Of a DNA stretch of 64,000 nucleotides, positions 44,153 to 52,193 are shown in pieces. Origin of the DNA: an uncultured Actinomycetes bacterium (GTDB taxonomy: Bacteria; Actinomycetota; Acidimicrobiia; IMCC26256; PALSA-555). A program made the translations under genes and the position numbers. The stretch spans positions 346 through 64,345 of the forward strand of contig CAIUKV010000038.1 in the NCBI GenBank assembly GCA_903899845.1, in the 5' to 3' direction. The notes under the pieces are model-generated. The model was not told the origin of the DNA and made no database searches. It worked only from the letters and a program-made list of their open reading frames with translations. Each line of letters begins with the position of its first letter. Positions within the stretch are counted from its first letter, which is position 1.

Positions 44153-46153
44153 GTGACCTACCTCCGCCGCCTCGGGCACGCCGTCATCGACGTCGACTGG
44201 GCACCGGTCTCCCTGGTGGCCGCGCTCCGCTGTGGCGCGATGGTCACCGTGCTCCTCGCCTGGGGCGTCGCCACCGACGAGGTGGCGCCGCTGATCGCCG
44301 GCGCGATCGGCATCCTGTTCGTCTGCGTCGCCGATCCGCCGGGGCCGGAGGGTCGGCGCGTCCGGACGATGGCCTGGTTCGCGCTGTGGAGCACGCTCGC
44401 CACCCTGGTCGGTGGCCTCGCGGCCGACACGTTCGTCGTGCACCTGGTCGTGGGCGTAGCGGTCGCCGCGATCGCCGGCTACGGCGGCGCCGCCGGGACC
44501 ACCGGCCCGGTGATCGGGATGCTGTCGCTCGTGGTGTTCGCGGTCTTCTCGGGCACCCCGGTCGCGATGGACGTGGCCGGGACCGATGCCCTCGTCTACG
44601 GGGCCGGTGCGCTGGTCGGCGGGGTCGTCATCGCGCTCCCAGGCCTGCGGAACCGGGCCCGAGGCCCCCGGGGCGCGTTCACCCGCCTCGCCCGCGGGCT
44701 CGGCCACGCCCGGGTCCTCGACCCCTTGTCGGCCGGCGCCGCGGTGCACGCGACCCGCGAACGTGAGTTCCTCGAGGCCGCCGCCGCCGACCGCCCCGCC
44801 CCCGAGGCGGCGGTCTGGTTCGACGCGTTGGCGGCCGCCGCGCACCAGGCCCGGCTCGGCACGCTCGGACTCGCCGTCCACGCCTCCGACGCCTCCGGCG
44901 CGGCCCGCACTGCGGTCGTGGGGTTCCTCGAGGCTGCGGCCGCCTGCTGGCGGGCGGCGGCCACCACCACGGCCTGGCCCGCGCGCCGCCCCACCCTGGC
45001 CCGGGCCCGGACCGCCCTGGACGCGGCCGCGGCCACGCTCCGCGCCGGCGCAGACCCGACCGCGGTGCGCCTCGCCGCCGACGTCCAGAGTGGCCTCGAC
45101 GCCATCGCCGACACCCTCCTCGCCCCCTGGCCGGTGGGGATCCGGACCGGTCGACCCACCGCGCCCCGGATCGCGACCGCCGTCGCCGCCCGCTGGGCCG
45201 AGACCCGGCACCGGATCGTCGCCCACGCCGGTCGCTCCGATCCGCTCGTCCGCCACGCGGTCCGCCTCGCCGTCGTGTTCGGCGTGGCCATCGCGCTCTC
45301 GCAGGCACTCGACCTCCCCCACCCCTACTGGCTGCCGATGACCGTGGCCTGGATCAGCCGGCCCGGTCAGGGCGACACCACCGTGCGGGTTGCGGCTCGC
45401 GTCGCCGGCACCGTCGTGGGAGTGCTCGTGTCGGGCCTCGTCGTCCTCGGCCTCGACCCCGGCCCCTGGGCCCTCGTCGGGTGCATCGGGCTCAGTGCCG
45501 TGCTCGCGATCTCGTTCCTGGCCGCGAACTACGCCATTGCGGTCACCGGGATCACCACGTTCGTCTTCTTCCTCTTCACCCTCGCCGGCGAGCCGGTCGG
45601 ATCGTCGCTCTCCTCGCGCCTGCTCGCGACCGTGCTGGCCGGGATCCTCGTCGTGCTCGCCGCGTTGATCTGGCCCACCCGCACGGGCACCGCGGTCAGT
45701 GCGAGCCTCGGCGACTACGCCGCCGCGCTCGCGGCCTACGCCGGGCCGACACTGGCGGGCACGGCCCTCCTCCCCGACGCGCGGGAGGTCGCGCACGGCA
45801 CCGTGCTCGACGCCCGGACCCGGGCCGTGACCGATCTCCACGCCGCCGAGTTCGAGATCGGGGCCCGACGCCTGCACCCCGAGACCGCCCACTCGGTGCT
45901 CGAGGCCCTGCACCGCGCGACCGCCCTGTGCCTCGCGACCGAGCTGGCCGGGGCCACCGCCGACGACCGGGCCGCCGCGGCCGCGGTGCGCACCGAGCTC
46001 GTCGACCTCCAGACCCGCCTCACCGAGACCGACACCGGCCGCGGCGTCCCGGCACGCGACCATCCTCCCGGCCCCGATCACGCCGTGCACCGGGCGATCC
46101 GCCGCGCGCACACGGCGCTCGACGCGGACGCGGCGCGGCACGCCCGGGCCTGA
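44153..46153 (+). CDS. FUSC (fusaric-acid-resistance/aromatic acid exporter-like) family membrane protein
   Basis: Real part of ORF 44042..46153 from VTYLRRLG. Two multi-TM blocks separated by a soluble Ala-rich region, including HPYWLPMTVAWISRP. TACCGT lies 6 nt upstream of the GTG. Confidence 0.75.
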   Translation: MTYLRRLGHAVIDVDWAPVSLVAALRCGAMVTVLLAWGVATDEVAPLIAGAIGILFVCVADPPGPEGRRVRTMAWFALWSTLATLVGGLAADTFVVHLVVGVAVAAIAGYGGAAGTTGPVIGMLSLVVFAVFSGTPVAMDVAGTDALVYGAGALVGGVVIALPGLRNRARGPRGAFTRLARGLGHARVLDPLSAGAAVHATREREFLEAAAADRPAPEAAVWFDALAAAAHQARLGTLGLAVHASDASGAARTAVVGFLEAAAACWRAAATTTAWPARRPTLARARTALDAAAATLRAGADPTAVRLAADVQSGLDAIADTLLAPWPVGIRTGRPTAPRIATAVAARWAETRHRIVAHAGRSDPLVRHAVRLAVVFGVAIALSQALDLPHPYWLPMTVAWISRPGQGDTTVRVAARVAGTVVGVLVSGLVVLGLDPGPWALVGCIGLSAVLAISFLAANYAIAVTGITTFVFFLFTLAGEPVGSSLSSRLLATVLAGILVVLAALIWPTRTGTAVSASLGDYAAALAAYAGPTLAGTALLPDAREVAHGTVLDARTRAVTDLHAAEFEIGARRLHPETAHSVLEALHRATALCLATELAGATADDRAAAAAVRTELVDLQTRLTETDTGRGVPARDHPPGPDHAVHRAIRRAHTALDADAARHARA

Positions 46154-46210
46154 TCGTTCCGCCCGACGCCCCCCGGTGCCGCGCTCCGGCTCCGGGCGCA
46201 GGCGTCGGGC

Positions 46211-47185
46211 TCAGGAGCCGTGACGACCGAGCGCGCCGCCGTGCCGGTCGCGGAACTCGCGCACCGAGTACCCGGTCACCACCGCGCCGGCGGGGCCGCC
46301 GCGCGCGGTGCCGGCTCGGGCGAGCCCGAAGACGGGCGCCAGCTCACCGAAGTACCCGCCCGGCGCGACCACCTGGAGGATCTCCTCGCCCCCGCCGACG
46401 AGGGCCCGGACCACCTCCACCGCACCCGTCTCCACCTCGTAGACGAGCTCGCCCCGGTCCCCCTGGCGGAACAGCACCTCGCCGGCCCCGAGCTCCCGCC
46501 GCTCGGACGCGTGCTCGGAGGGTGCGGCCCGGGGGGTGAGCTCGACCAGCCGATCGGCCAGCGGGACCAGGCGCTCGTCGTGGGTCGCGATCACCACCGT
46601 CCGGCCCGGCGCGGCCAGGTCGCGCAGGTGACGGATCACTGCGTCGACCTGGATGTAGTCCAGCGATGCCGTCGGCTCGTCGGCGATGATCAGGGGCGGC
46701 TCGAGCGCGAGTGCCCGGGCGATGGCGACCCGCTGCTGCTGGCCACCCGACATCGCGCCGGGGCGGTGGCGGGCGCGCTCGGCCAGCCCGACCATGGCGA
46801 GCAGCTCGTCGGCCCGGGCGGCCGCGTCGCGGCGGGAGACCCCGGCGGTGACCATCGGCAGGATCACGTTCTCCCGGGCGGTGAGGCTGGCGATCAGGTT
46901 GAACCCCTGGAAGATGAAGCCGAGACCCCGCTGGCGGTAGCGCATCAGGTCACGCCCGGCCAGCGCGGTGACCTCGGTGCCGCCCACGGTCACCGTGCCG
47001 GAGGTCGGGGTGAGCAGCGACCCGAGGATGGAGAGCAACGTCGACTTGCCCGAGCCGCTCGCGCCCAGGAGCAGGACCATCTCCCCCGACTCCAGGTCGA
47101 GGTCGTATCCGTCGAACGGACGTACCGCGTACCCACCGCTGGAGTACTCGACGACCAGGTCGCGGATCTGCACGTGCGCCATCAC
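46211..47185 (-). CDS. ABC transporter ATP-binding protein (MacB/FtsE-like) fused to a C-terminal cNMP-binding domain
   Basis: ORF 46211..47185. ABC motifs [25 protein letters not shown]. Then a CAP-type domain ([40 protein letters not shown]). The start overlaps the permease stop. Confidence 0.9.
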   Translation of the reverse strand: MMAHVQIRDLVVEYSSGGYAVRPFDGYDLDLESGEMVLLLGASGSGKSTLLSILGSLLTPTSGTVTVGGTEVTALAGRDLMRYRQRGLGFIFQGFNLIASLTARENVILPMVTAGVSRRDAAARADELLAMVGLAERARHRPGAMSGGQQQRVAIARALALEPPLIIADEPTASLDYIQVDAVIRHLRDLAAPGRTVVIATHDERLVPLADRLVELTPRAAPSEHASERRELGAGEVLFRQGDRGELVYEVETGAVEVVRALVGGGEEILQVVAPGGYFGELAPVFGLARAGTARGGPAGAVVTGYSVREFRDRHGGALGRHGS

Positions 47186-48231
47186 GACCCCCCGAACGCC
47201 AGGGCCGGGTCGACGGTCAGGGCCCGACGGGCGGCGGCGATGCTGGCGAGGACGCCCACGACCAGTCCGACCACGACCAGCTGCACCACCGACGCCGCGG
47301 TCATCTCGGCCCGGGCCGGCATGCCGAGCTCGATCAGCCAGGCGATCGGCACGGCCACGACCGCCGCGACCAGCGACACCACGACCGACTGCACCAGGAG
47401 GCTGCCGACGATCACCCGCCCCGGCGAGCCGGTCGCACGCAGGATCGCGAAGCTCCGGGTCTGCTCGATGACGCTCAGGTACGTGATCGCGCCGATCACG
47501 CCGAGCGCGACCAACCAGGTGAGGAGGGCGACGAAGTCGATCGTCCCGGTGGCCCGCTGCACCACCAGCGTGAGGCCGTTGATCGTGTCCTGGTTGGTCG
47601 CCACCGCGGTACCGGGCGGAGGGTCGACGATCGACCCGTCGACCCCGATCCCCATCACGAACGGCTGCCCGTCGAGCACTGCGGCCTGCGCGCCGTCCAC
47701 CGTCATGAAGATCGTCGGCGACCCCGCGTAGTACATGCCCCGGTCGAGCAGGCCGACCACTTCGACCTCACCCACGGTGGAGCGCAGGCGGCTCCCCAGC
47801 CCGACCCTCAGGTTCTTCGTGACCACCGCCTCGTCGTCGGCCTGGGGCATCCGCCCCTTGCGCAACCGGAAGTCGGCCGGCTCCTCCGTGGTGCCGAACC
47901 CGACCAGGTTGACCACGGCGTTGCGGGGCGCGAGGACGGTGGCCCGTCCGGCCACGACCGGGTGGACGTCTCGGACCCCGGGCGCAGCGGCGACGGCGGC
48001 GACCTCGGCCTCGGGGATGAGCGCGATCCCGGTGAAGGGGCTGCGGGTGCCCTCGTGGACGACCCATTCGTCCACCCCGAGGAGCTCGGTCAGCTGGCGG
48101 GGCTCGGCGTTCAGCGCGACCTTGATGCCCTGGACCGCCAAGGCGATCGCGAACACGACCGCGACGACCAGCACGGCGATCACCACGCGGCGCAGCCGGT
48201 GCTGCAGCTCACGAAGGCTGTACATCCACAT
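47182..48231 (-). CDS. FtsX/MacB-type ABC transporter permease
   Basis: C-terminal 349 aa of ORF 47182..48624, from MWMYSLRELQ. One TM, a large extracytoplasmic loop, then three C-terminal TM helices. Confidence 0.85.
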   Translation of the reverse strand: MWMYSLRELQHRLRRVVIAVLVVAVVFAIALAVQGIKVALNAEPRQLTELLGVDEWVVHEGTRSPFTGIALIPEAEVAAVAAAPGVRDVHPVVAGRATVLAPRNAVVNLVGFGTTEEPADFRLRKGRMPQADDEAVVTKNLRVGLGSRLRSTVGEVEVVGLLDRGMYYAGSPTIFMTVDGAQAAVLDGQPFVMGIGVDGSIVDPPPGTAVATNQDTINGLTLVVQRATGTIDFVALLTWLVALGVIGAITYLSVIEQTRSFAILRATGSPGRVIVGSLLVQSVVVSLVAAVVAVPIAWLIELGMPARAEMTAASVVQLVVVGLVVGVLASIAAARRALTVDPALAFGGS

Positions 48232-48275
48232 CCGAGGACCCCTGCGGCCGACCCGACCCGACGACCGCCGGGAAG

Positions 48276-49109
48276 TTAGTCGCGGTGTGCCACCCGGGCG
48301 AGGCGGGCCTTGAGCGCGGTGGTGGCGCCGCCGGGGTAGGCGCGGCCCCGCACCGGCACCCGTCGGCGTCCCAGTGCGAGGTCGAGCCGACGGGCGTCGA
48401 CCACCGCTGCGGTCCGGGCGGTCGAGAACCCCACGGACAGGCCGACCGACGGCGCATCGCCGACGACCACCCAGTGGAAGACGTCGGCGGGGATGAAGAC
48501 GCCGGTCTCGGGATCGAGGTGCACCACCTGGGCCGGCGGGAGCGCGACCGGGTCGGCCGGGGCGCGGTAGTGGGCGTGCACACGCCCGTCGTGGCGGCGC
48601 CGGTCGGGCTCGGCCTCGACCCACACGGTCTTGGCGCCCGAGATCTGCAGCAGCAGGTTGTGGTGCCGGTCGGCGTGGGCGGGCACCACCGCTCCGGGCG
48701 GTGAGACCAGCGCACCCAGGTTGACCCGGATGACCCCGCCCTCGTCGGCGCCGACGCAGGCCCGCACCTCGTGCTCGATCGCCCGGGCCAGGTCGGCGAA
48801 CTCGGCCAGCAGCTCGAGGTTGGCCAGGGTGACGTAGCCGGGGACGGTGGCATCACCCCGCACCGCGGCGACGGGATCGGGGTGCGGCGCGGCCAGGCAC
48901 CGGACCGCGCGCGGGTCGGACTGCACCGCGGTGCCCACCACCCACGCCCGGGGCGCCCGGGACGCGATGCGGGCGAGGGACTCCGGGTCGAGCGGCGCGC
49001 CGGCCGACACGCAGTGCCCGAGGCGGGCCGCCGGCACCGCTGTGAGCGCGGCGAGTCCGTCCGGCAGCGCCACCCGGGGCGCGGCCTGGGCGGTCGTCGG
49101 GATGCTCAA
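48276..49109 (-). CDS. JmjC/cupin-type putative 2OG/Fe(II) oxygenase (copy B)
   Basis: Downstream part of ORF 48276..49241. HxD in PAHADRHHNLLLQISGAKTVWV and distal His in DVFHWVV. I favour the TTG at 49109, which overlaps the small-ORF stop (TTGA); GTG 49073 is an alternative. Confidence 0.65.
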   Translation of the reverse strand: MSIPTTAQAAPRVALPDGLAALTAVPAARLGHCVSAGAPLDPESLARIASRAPRAWVVGTAVQSDPRAVRCLAAPHPDPVAAVRGDATVPGYVTLANLELLAEFADLARAIEHEVRACVGADEGGVIRVNLGALVSPPGAVVPAHADRHHNLLLQISGAKTVWVEAEPDRRRHDGRVHAHYRAPADPVALPPAQVVHLDPETGVFIPADVFHWVVVGDAPSVGLSVGFSTARTAAVVDARRLDLALGRRRVPVRGRAYPGGATTALKARLARVAHRD

Positions 49110-49297
49110 TCCTCGCCGCGGGCGAACGCGGCACTCGGGAGCCCGGGATCCGAGAGCTTGACGATCCCGATCAGGGCGCAGTCGACCGGTGTCCGACGGG
49201 CGATGCGGGGGGCTTCGTACGCCACGGCTCCCGACCCGCACGGGGCGTCGCGGTGGAGATCGGACACGGACATCCTCCTGCTCGTCGGTCCCGTCAC
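49106..49297 (-). CDS. small ORF (63 codons; 53-55 from the internal starts), candidate precursor peptide
   Basis: ORF 49106..49297: MTGPTSRRMSVSDLHRDAPCGSGAVAYEAPRIARRTPVDCALIGIVKLSDPGLPSAAFARGED. 54 of 63 codons end in G/C, against 27 of 44 in the competing frame. GTGA overlap with cupin A stop, TTGA overlap with cupin B start. An internal AGGAGG lies 6 nt before GTG 49267. Confidence 0.5.
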   Translation of the reverse strand: MTGPTSRRMSVSDLHRDAPCGSGAVAYEAPRIARRTPVDCALIGIVKLSDPGLPSAAFARGED

Positions 49298-50025
49298 GCT
49301 ACCGGCGCCGGGGGCGGCCCGCCACGGTCCGCCGCCCGCTTCGCCTCGAGCGCGGCCGCGGTCGCCTCGGTGACGTCGGTGCGCAGCACCGCGGTGAGCG
49401 CCCGCGAGCGGCCGGTGCAGCCGGTGACCGCGTGGAAGCAGAATGCAGGCAGCGCGACCGCGTCGCCCGGCTCGAGGACGATCTCCTCGATCCGGTCGGG
49501 CAGCCGGTCGGGGTTGGCCCGGTTGCGCCCCACCGACACCGCGCGCATCGTCCGCTCCACCTCCGGATCGTCGTACCAGCCGACCGCCAGCGTCTTGGTG
49601 CCCTCGAGCTGGAGCAGCACGTGGTGGCCGACGTCGCAGTGGAACGGCACCCGGGTCCGGTCGGCGCCGAGGAACACGATCAGGTCGACCCCGGTCGGGG
49701 TCTCACCGGCGACCCGGGCGGCGAGCTGCAGTGGCGCCGCCAGCCGGAGGGCGGCCGACCGATAGGGCTCCACGGTCGCGAGCCCGGTCAGCATGACCCA
49801 CGAGTCCCCCCGGTCCAGGTCGGCGATGACCTCGGCGACCGGGCGGGGGTCCCGGGTGACCCGGCCGTCGGGGAGCAGGTCGGGCAGGTCGACCGCCCGA
49901 TGGTGTTCGAACCGTTCGGGCGGCAGCGTGGCCGCGACTTCGGCCAGGGCCGGGAGCGTGAACGCCTCGGGCTCGGGGATCGGCACGGACACCCGCACCG
50001 GCTCGGGACTGCGCAGATCGATCAC
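49294..50025 (-). CDS. JmjC/cupin-type putative 2OG/Fe(II) oxygenase (copy A)
   Basis: ORF 49294..50025. HxD in VPFHCDVGHHVLLQLEGTKTLAV and distal His in FCFHAVT. Confidence 0.7.
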   Translation of the reverse strand: MIDLRSPEPVRVSVPIPEPEAFTLPALAEVAATLPPERFEHHRAVDLPDLLPDGRVTRDPRPVAEVIADLDRGDSWVMLTGLATVEPYRSAALRLAAPLQLAARVAGETPTGVDLIVFLGADRTRVPFHCDVGHHVLLQLEGTKTLAVGWYDDPEVERTMRAVSVGRNRANPDRLPDRIEEIVLEPGDAVALPAFCFHAVTGCTGRSRALTAVLRTDVTEATAAALEAKRAADRGGPPPAPVA

Positions 50026-50066
50026 GTCGGTCCGATCAGGGCGTGCCGCCGGGACGCACGTTCACG

Positions 50067-50327
50067 TCACCCGACGACGAGCCCGGCCTCGAGCAGCTCG
50101 GCCAGGAAGGCGGAGACGTCGGTGGTCACTGCGTCGGCCGGTGCATCGGGGAACGCGTCGCGCACGGCCGCGACGATCGTGTCGAGGTCGGCCCCGTCGC
50201 CGAGCGCACGCCAGACCGCCGACCCGGTGGGGTTGAGGTCGAGCAGCTCGTCGCCGGCGGCGGTGATGAGCACCACGATGCCGTCCACGTCCTCGGCGAG
50301 CACCCCGTCAGCAGGTCGGTAGGTCAC
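50067..50327 (-). CDS. PqqD-family protein (RiPP recognition element-like)
   Basis: ORF 50067..50327. GIVVLITAAGDELLDLNPTGSAVWRAL..DLDTIVAAV..DVSAFLAELLEAGLV matches the PqqD/RRE pattern. TAGCCT lies 6 nt upstream of the GTG. Confidence 0.85.
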   Translation of the reverse strand: MTYRPADGVLAEDVDGIVVLITAAGDELLDLNPTGSAVWRALGDGADLDTIVAAVRDAFPDAPADAVTTDVSAFLAELLEAGLVVG

Positions 50328-50333
50328 CGGGCG

Positions 50334-50339
50334 AGGCTA
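50334..50339 (-). promoter_or_regulatory. -10 box TAGCCT, leaderless start GTG 50327 (PqqD-like gene)
   Basis: TANNNT 6 nt upstream of the start, placed between the upstream stop (50360) and the PqqD start. Confidence 0.5.
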
Positions 50340-50359
50340 CTGCGCCCCCGGCTCGCGGA

Positions 50360-51031
50360 TCAGGGCGCCGGCTCCGGGCACGGCTTCGTCGGGGGGAACA
50401 GGAGCACGTCGCCCGCGGGCAGGTCGGTCCAGTCGCTGCGGCCCCGGGCGACCACCGCCGCGGTCCCCCGGACCCCCCACCACTCCTCGATGCAGTCCAC
50501 CCGGAAGGTCACCGCGATCGAAGGGCCGCTCGAGACCCGCCCGGAGGCGAGGCGACCCTCGAGCTGTAGCCTGCCGTTCGGCTCCCACGGCACGTGCACC
50601 ACCACCGTCCCGCCCACGGCGACGACGGAGAGGTAGGGCGGTTCGGACATCCCCCATGACGCAAGACACGCACCGCCGCCCGCGTGCAGGCCGATCCGCG
50701 ACCCGTCGAGCAGCGTCAACGTCACCTCGGAAGCCGCGCTGGTGAGCACGCAGTCGCCGAGGTAGAGGGGTGCCCCGGAGCTCACCGTGAGGTAGAAGGC
50801 GCCCCCCTCGGGCATCCGTTCGGCCGATCCCCACGTCACGGTGATCACGCCGATCGGGGTCGAGGCGGCGGACGGCGCCTCGACCGGTGCGGCCGCACGC
50901 CGCCACCCGTCCGCCGCTCCGTCGGCGCGGCCACCGGCGCCCGGCGCGCCCGGCGCGCCCGCCCCGGCCGCGGCCGCGACCACGACGACGACCACGAGCC
51001 CGAGCAGGACGGTCCGGATGCGCCGAGCCAT
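50360..51031 (-). CDS. membrane-anchored/secreted hypothetical protein
   Basis: C-terminal 223 aa of ORF 50360..51565, from MARRIRTVLLGLVVVVVVAAAAG (signal/anchor). TACGGT lies 6 nt upstream of the ATG. Confidence 0.6.
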   Translation of the reverse strand: MARRIRTVLLGLVVVVVVAAAAGAGAPGAPGAGGRADGAADGWRRAAAPVEAPSAASTPIGVITVTWGSAERMPEGGAFYLTVSSGAPLYLGDCVLTSAASEVTLTLLDGSRIGLHAGGGACLASWGMSEPPYLSVVAVGGTVVVHVPWEPNGRLQLEGRLASGRVSSGPSIAVTFRVDCIEEWWGVRGTAAVVARGRSDWTDLPAGDVLLFPPTKPCPEPAP

Positions 51032-51037
51032 CGCGGC

Positions 51038-51043
51038 ACCGTA
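51038..51043 (-). promoter_or_regulatory. -10 box TACGGT, leaderless start ATG 51031
   Basis: TANNNT 6 nt upstream of the start. Confidence 0.45.
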
Positions 51044-51125
51044 CGGTCGTCGACCGCCCCGGCGGAGGGGCCGACGGCTCGCGCGCGCGGGACCCTCGCC
51101 CCCCCGAACCGGCCGCGGCCGCGGG

Positions 51126-52193
51126 TCAGGCCGGGGTCGCGGGCAGCGGGCCGTGGTCGAGGTGGGGCAGCACCCACTCCCCCACCCGGCGGCACTCGTC
51201 GCGGTGCGGGTACCCGGAGAGGATGAAGGCCTCGATCCCGAGCGCGCGGTACGCCTCCAGCTTGGCCACCACCTGGTCGGGGTCGCCGACGATCGCCGCC
51301 CCGCAGCCGCTGCGACCGCGGCCGATCCCGGTCCACAGGTGCTCCTCGACGAACCCGTCGTCGGCGGCGGCGCCGCGCAGCTCGGCCTGGCGGCGCACGC
51401 CGGTGGACGCGCTGTCGAGCGAGCGGGCCCGGATCGCCGCGCCGGTGGCGTCGTCGAGCGCGGCGACGATGCGCTCGGCCGCGGCCCGGGCCTCGGCCTC
51501 GGTCGGACGGACCACCACGTGCACGCGGTAGCCGAAGCGGAGGCGGCGGCCGTGCCGCGCCGCACGCGCGGTGAGGTCGGCGATCACCTCGGCGATCCGG
51601 TCGAGGGTGTCAGGCCACATGAGGTAGACGTCGGCGTGCTCCGCCGCGACCTCGCGCGCCTCCTCGGAGAGCCCGCCGAAGTACAGCGGCGGGCACCGAC
51701 CCGAGACCGTGGTGATCCGCGGCGGCTCGAGGTCGAGGCGGACGAACTCCCCGTCGGCGTGCACGGGGCTGCCGTCGAGCAACGCCCGCAGGGCCGCCAT
51801 GGTCTCGGACGTGCGCCGGTAGCGGGCCGGGCCGTCGAGCGCCTCACCGGGCATCTCCGACGAGATCACGTTGACGGTCAGGCGCCCGCCCGACATCCGG
51901 TCGAGGGTGGCGATCTGGCGGGCCAGCTGCGGGACCCAGAGCTCACCGCAGCGCATGGCCACCAGGAGTCGGATCCGGTCGGTCCGGGCCGCGACCCCGC
52001 CCGCGAACGTCACCGCGTCGATGCCCAGCGCGTAGCCCGAGGGCAGCAGCACGTTGTCGAACCCGAGCGCCTCGGCCTCGGTGACGATCGCGCCGCAGTG
52101 CTCCCACGAGCTCAGCAGCGCCGGATCCACCACCCCGAGCTGCTCGTAGTCGTCGTCGCAGAGCGCGGCGAACCAGCTCACCTCGCAGGTCAC
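51126..52193 (-). CDS. LLM-class flavin-dependent oxidoreductase (SsuD/alkanesulfonate monooxygenase-like)
   Basis: C-terminal 355 aa of ORF 51126..52493, from VTCEVSWFAAL. Luciferase-like blocks GFDNVLLPSG and GRLTVNVISS. GTGA overlap with the upstream stop. Confidence 0.85.
   Translation of the reverse strand: MTCEVSWFAALCDDDYEQLGVVDPALLSSWEHCGAIVTEAEALGFDNVLLPSGYALGIDAVTFAGGVAARTDRIRLLVAMRCGELWVPQLARQIATLDRMSGGRLTVNVISSEMPGEALDGPARYRRTSETMAALRALLDGSPVHADGEFVRLDLEPPRITTVSGRCPPLYFGGLSEEAREVAAEHADVYLMWPDTLDRIAEVIADLTARAARHGRRLRFGYRVHVVVRPTEAEARAAAERIVAALDDATGAAIRARSLDSASTGVRRQAELRGAAADDGFVEEHLWTGIGRGRSGCGAAIVGDPDQVVAKLEAYRALGIEAFILSGYPHRDECRRVGEWVLPHLDHGPLPATPA

Noticed and set aside
40692-44766. 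Very long ORFs 40692..43640 (-), 42229..44766 (+) and 43967..46141 (-).
   Set aside because: Extremely Arg/Pro/Gly-rich (RRRPRR-type runs) and out of frame with or antisense to the DUF1214, ATP-grasp, sulfotransferase and FUSC genes. These are shadow ORFs.
46161-46210. 10-nt inverted repeat gcccgacgcc ... ggcgtcgggc between the convergent FUSC and ABC genes, as a bidirectional terminator.
   Set aside because: The arms are separated by a 30-nt loop with no convincing inner pairing and no U-tract. This is too weak to call.
48276-49241. Full-length 321-aa version of cupin B, which would swallow the small ORF region.
   Set aside because: The extra 44 N-terminal codons are Arg-rich and only 27 of 44 end in G/C, against 54 of 63 for the overlapping 63-codon frame. 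The cupin homology starts downstream of 49109.
46211-50339. Classifying the PqqD locus as a lasso-peptide, sactipeptide/ranthipeptide, PQQ or mycofactocin cluster.
   Set aside because: The window has no Asn-synthetase-like lasso cyclase, transglutaminase-like protease, radical SAM partner, or PqqB/C/E or MftC-like genes next to it. The only radical SAM gene (10433-11749) is about 38 kb away and separately transcribed.
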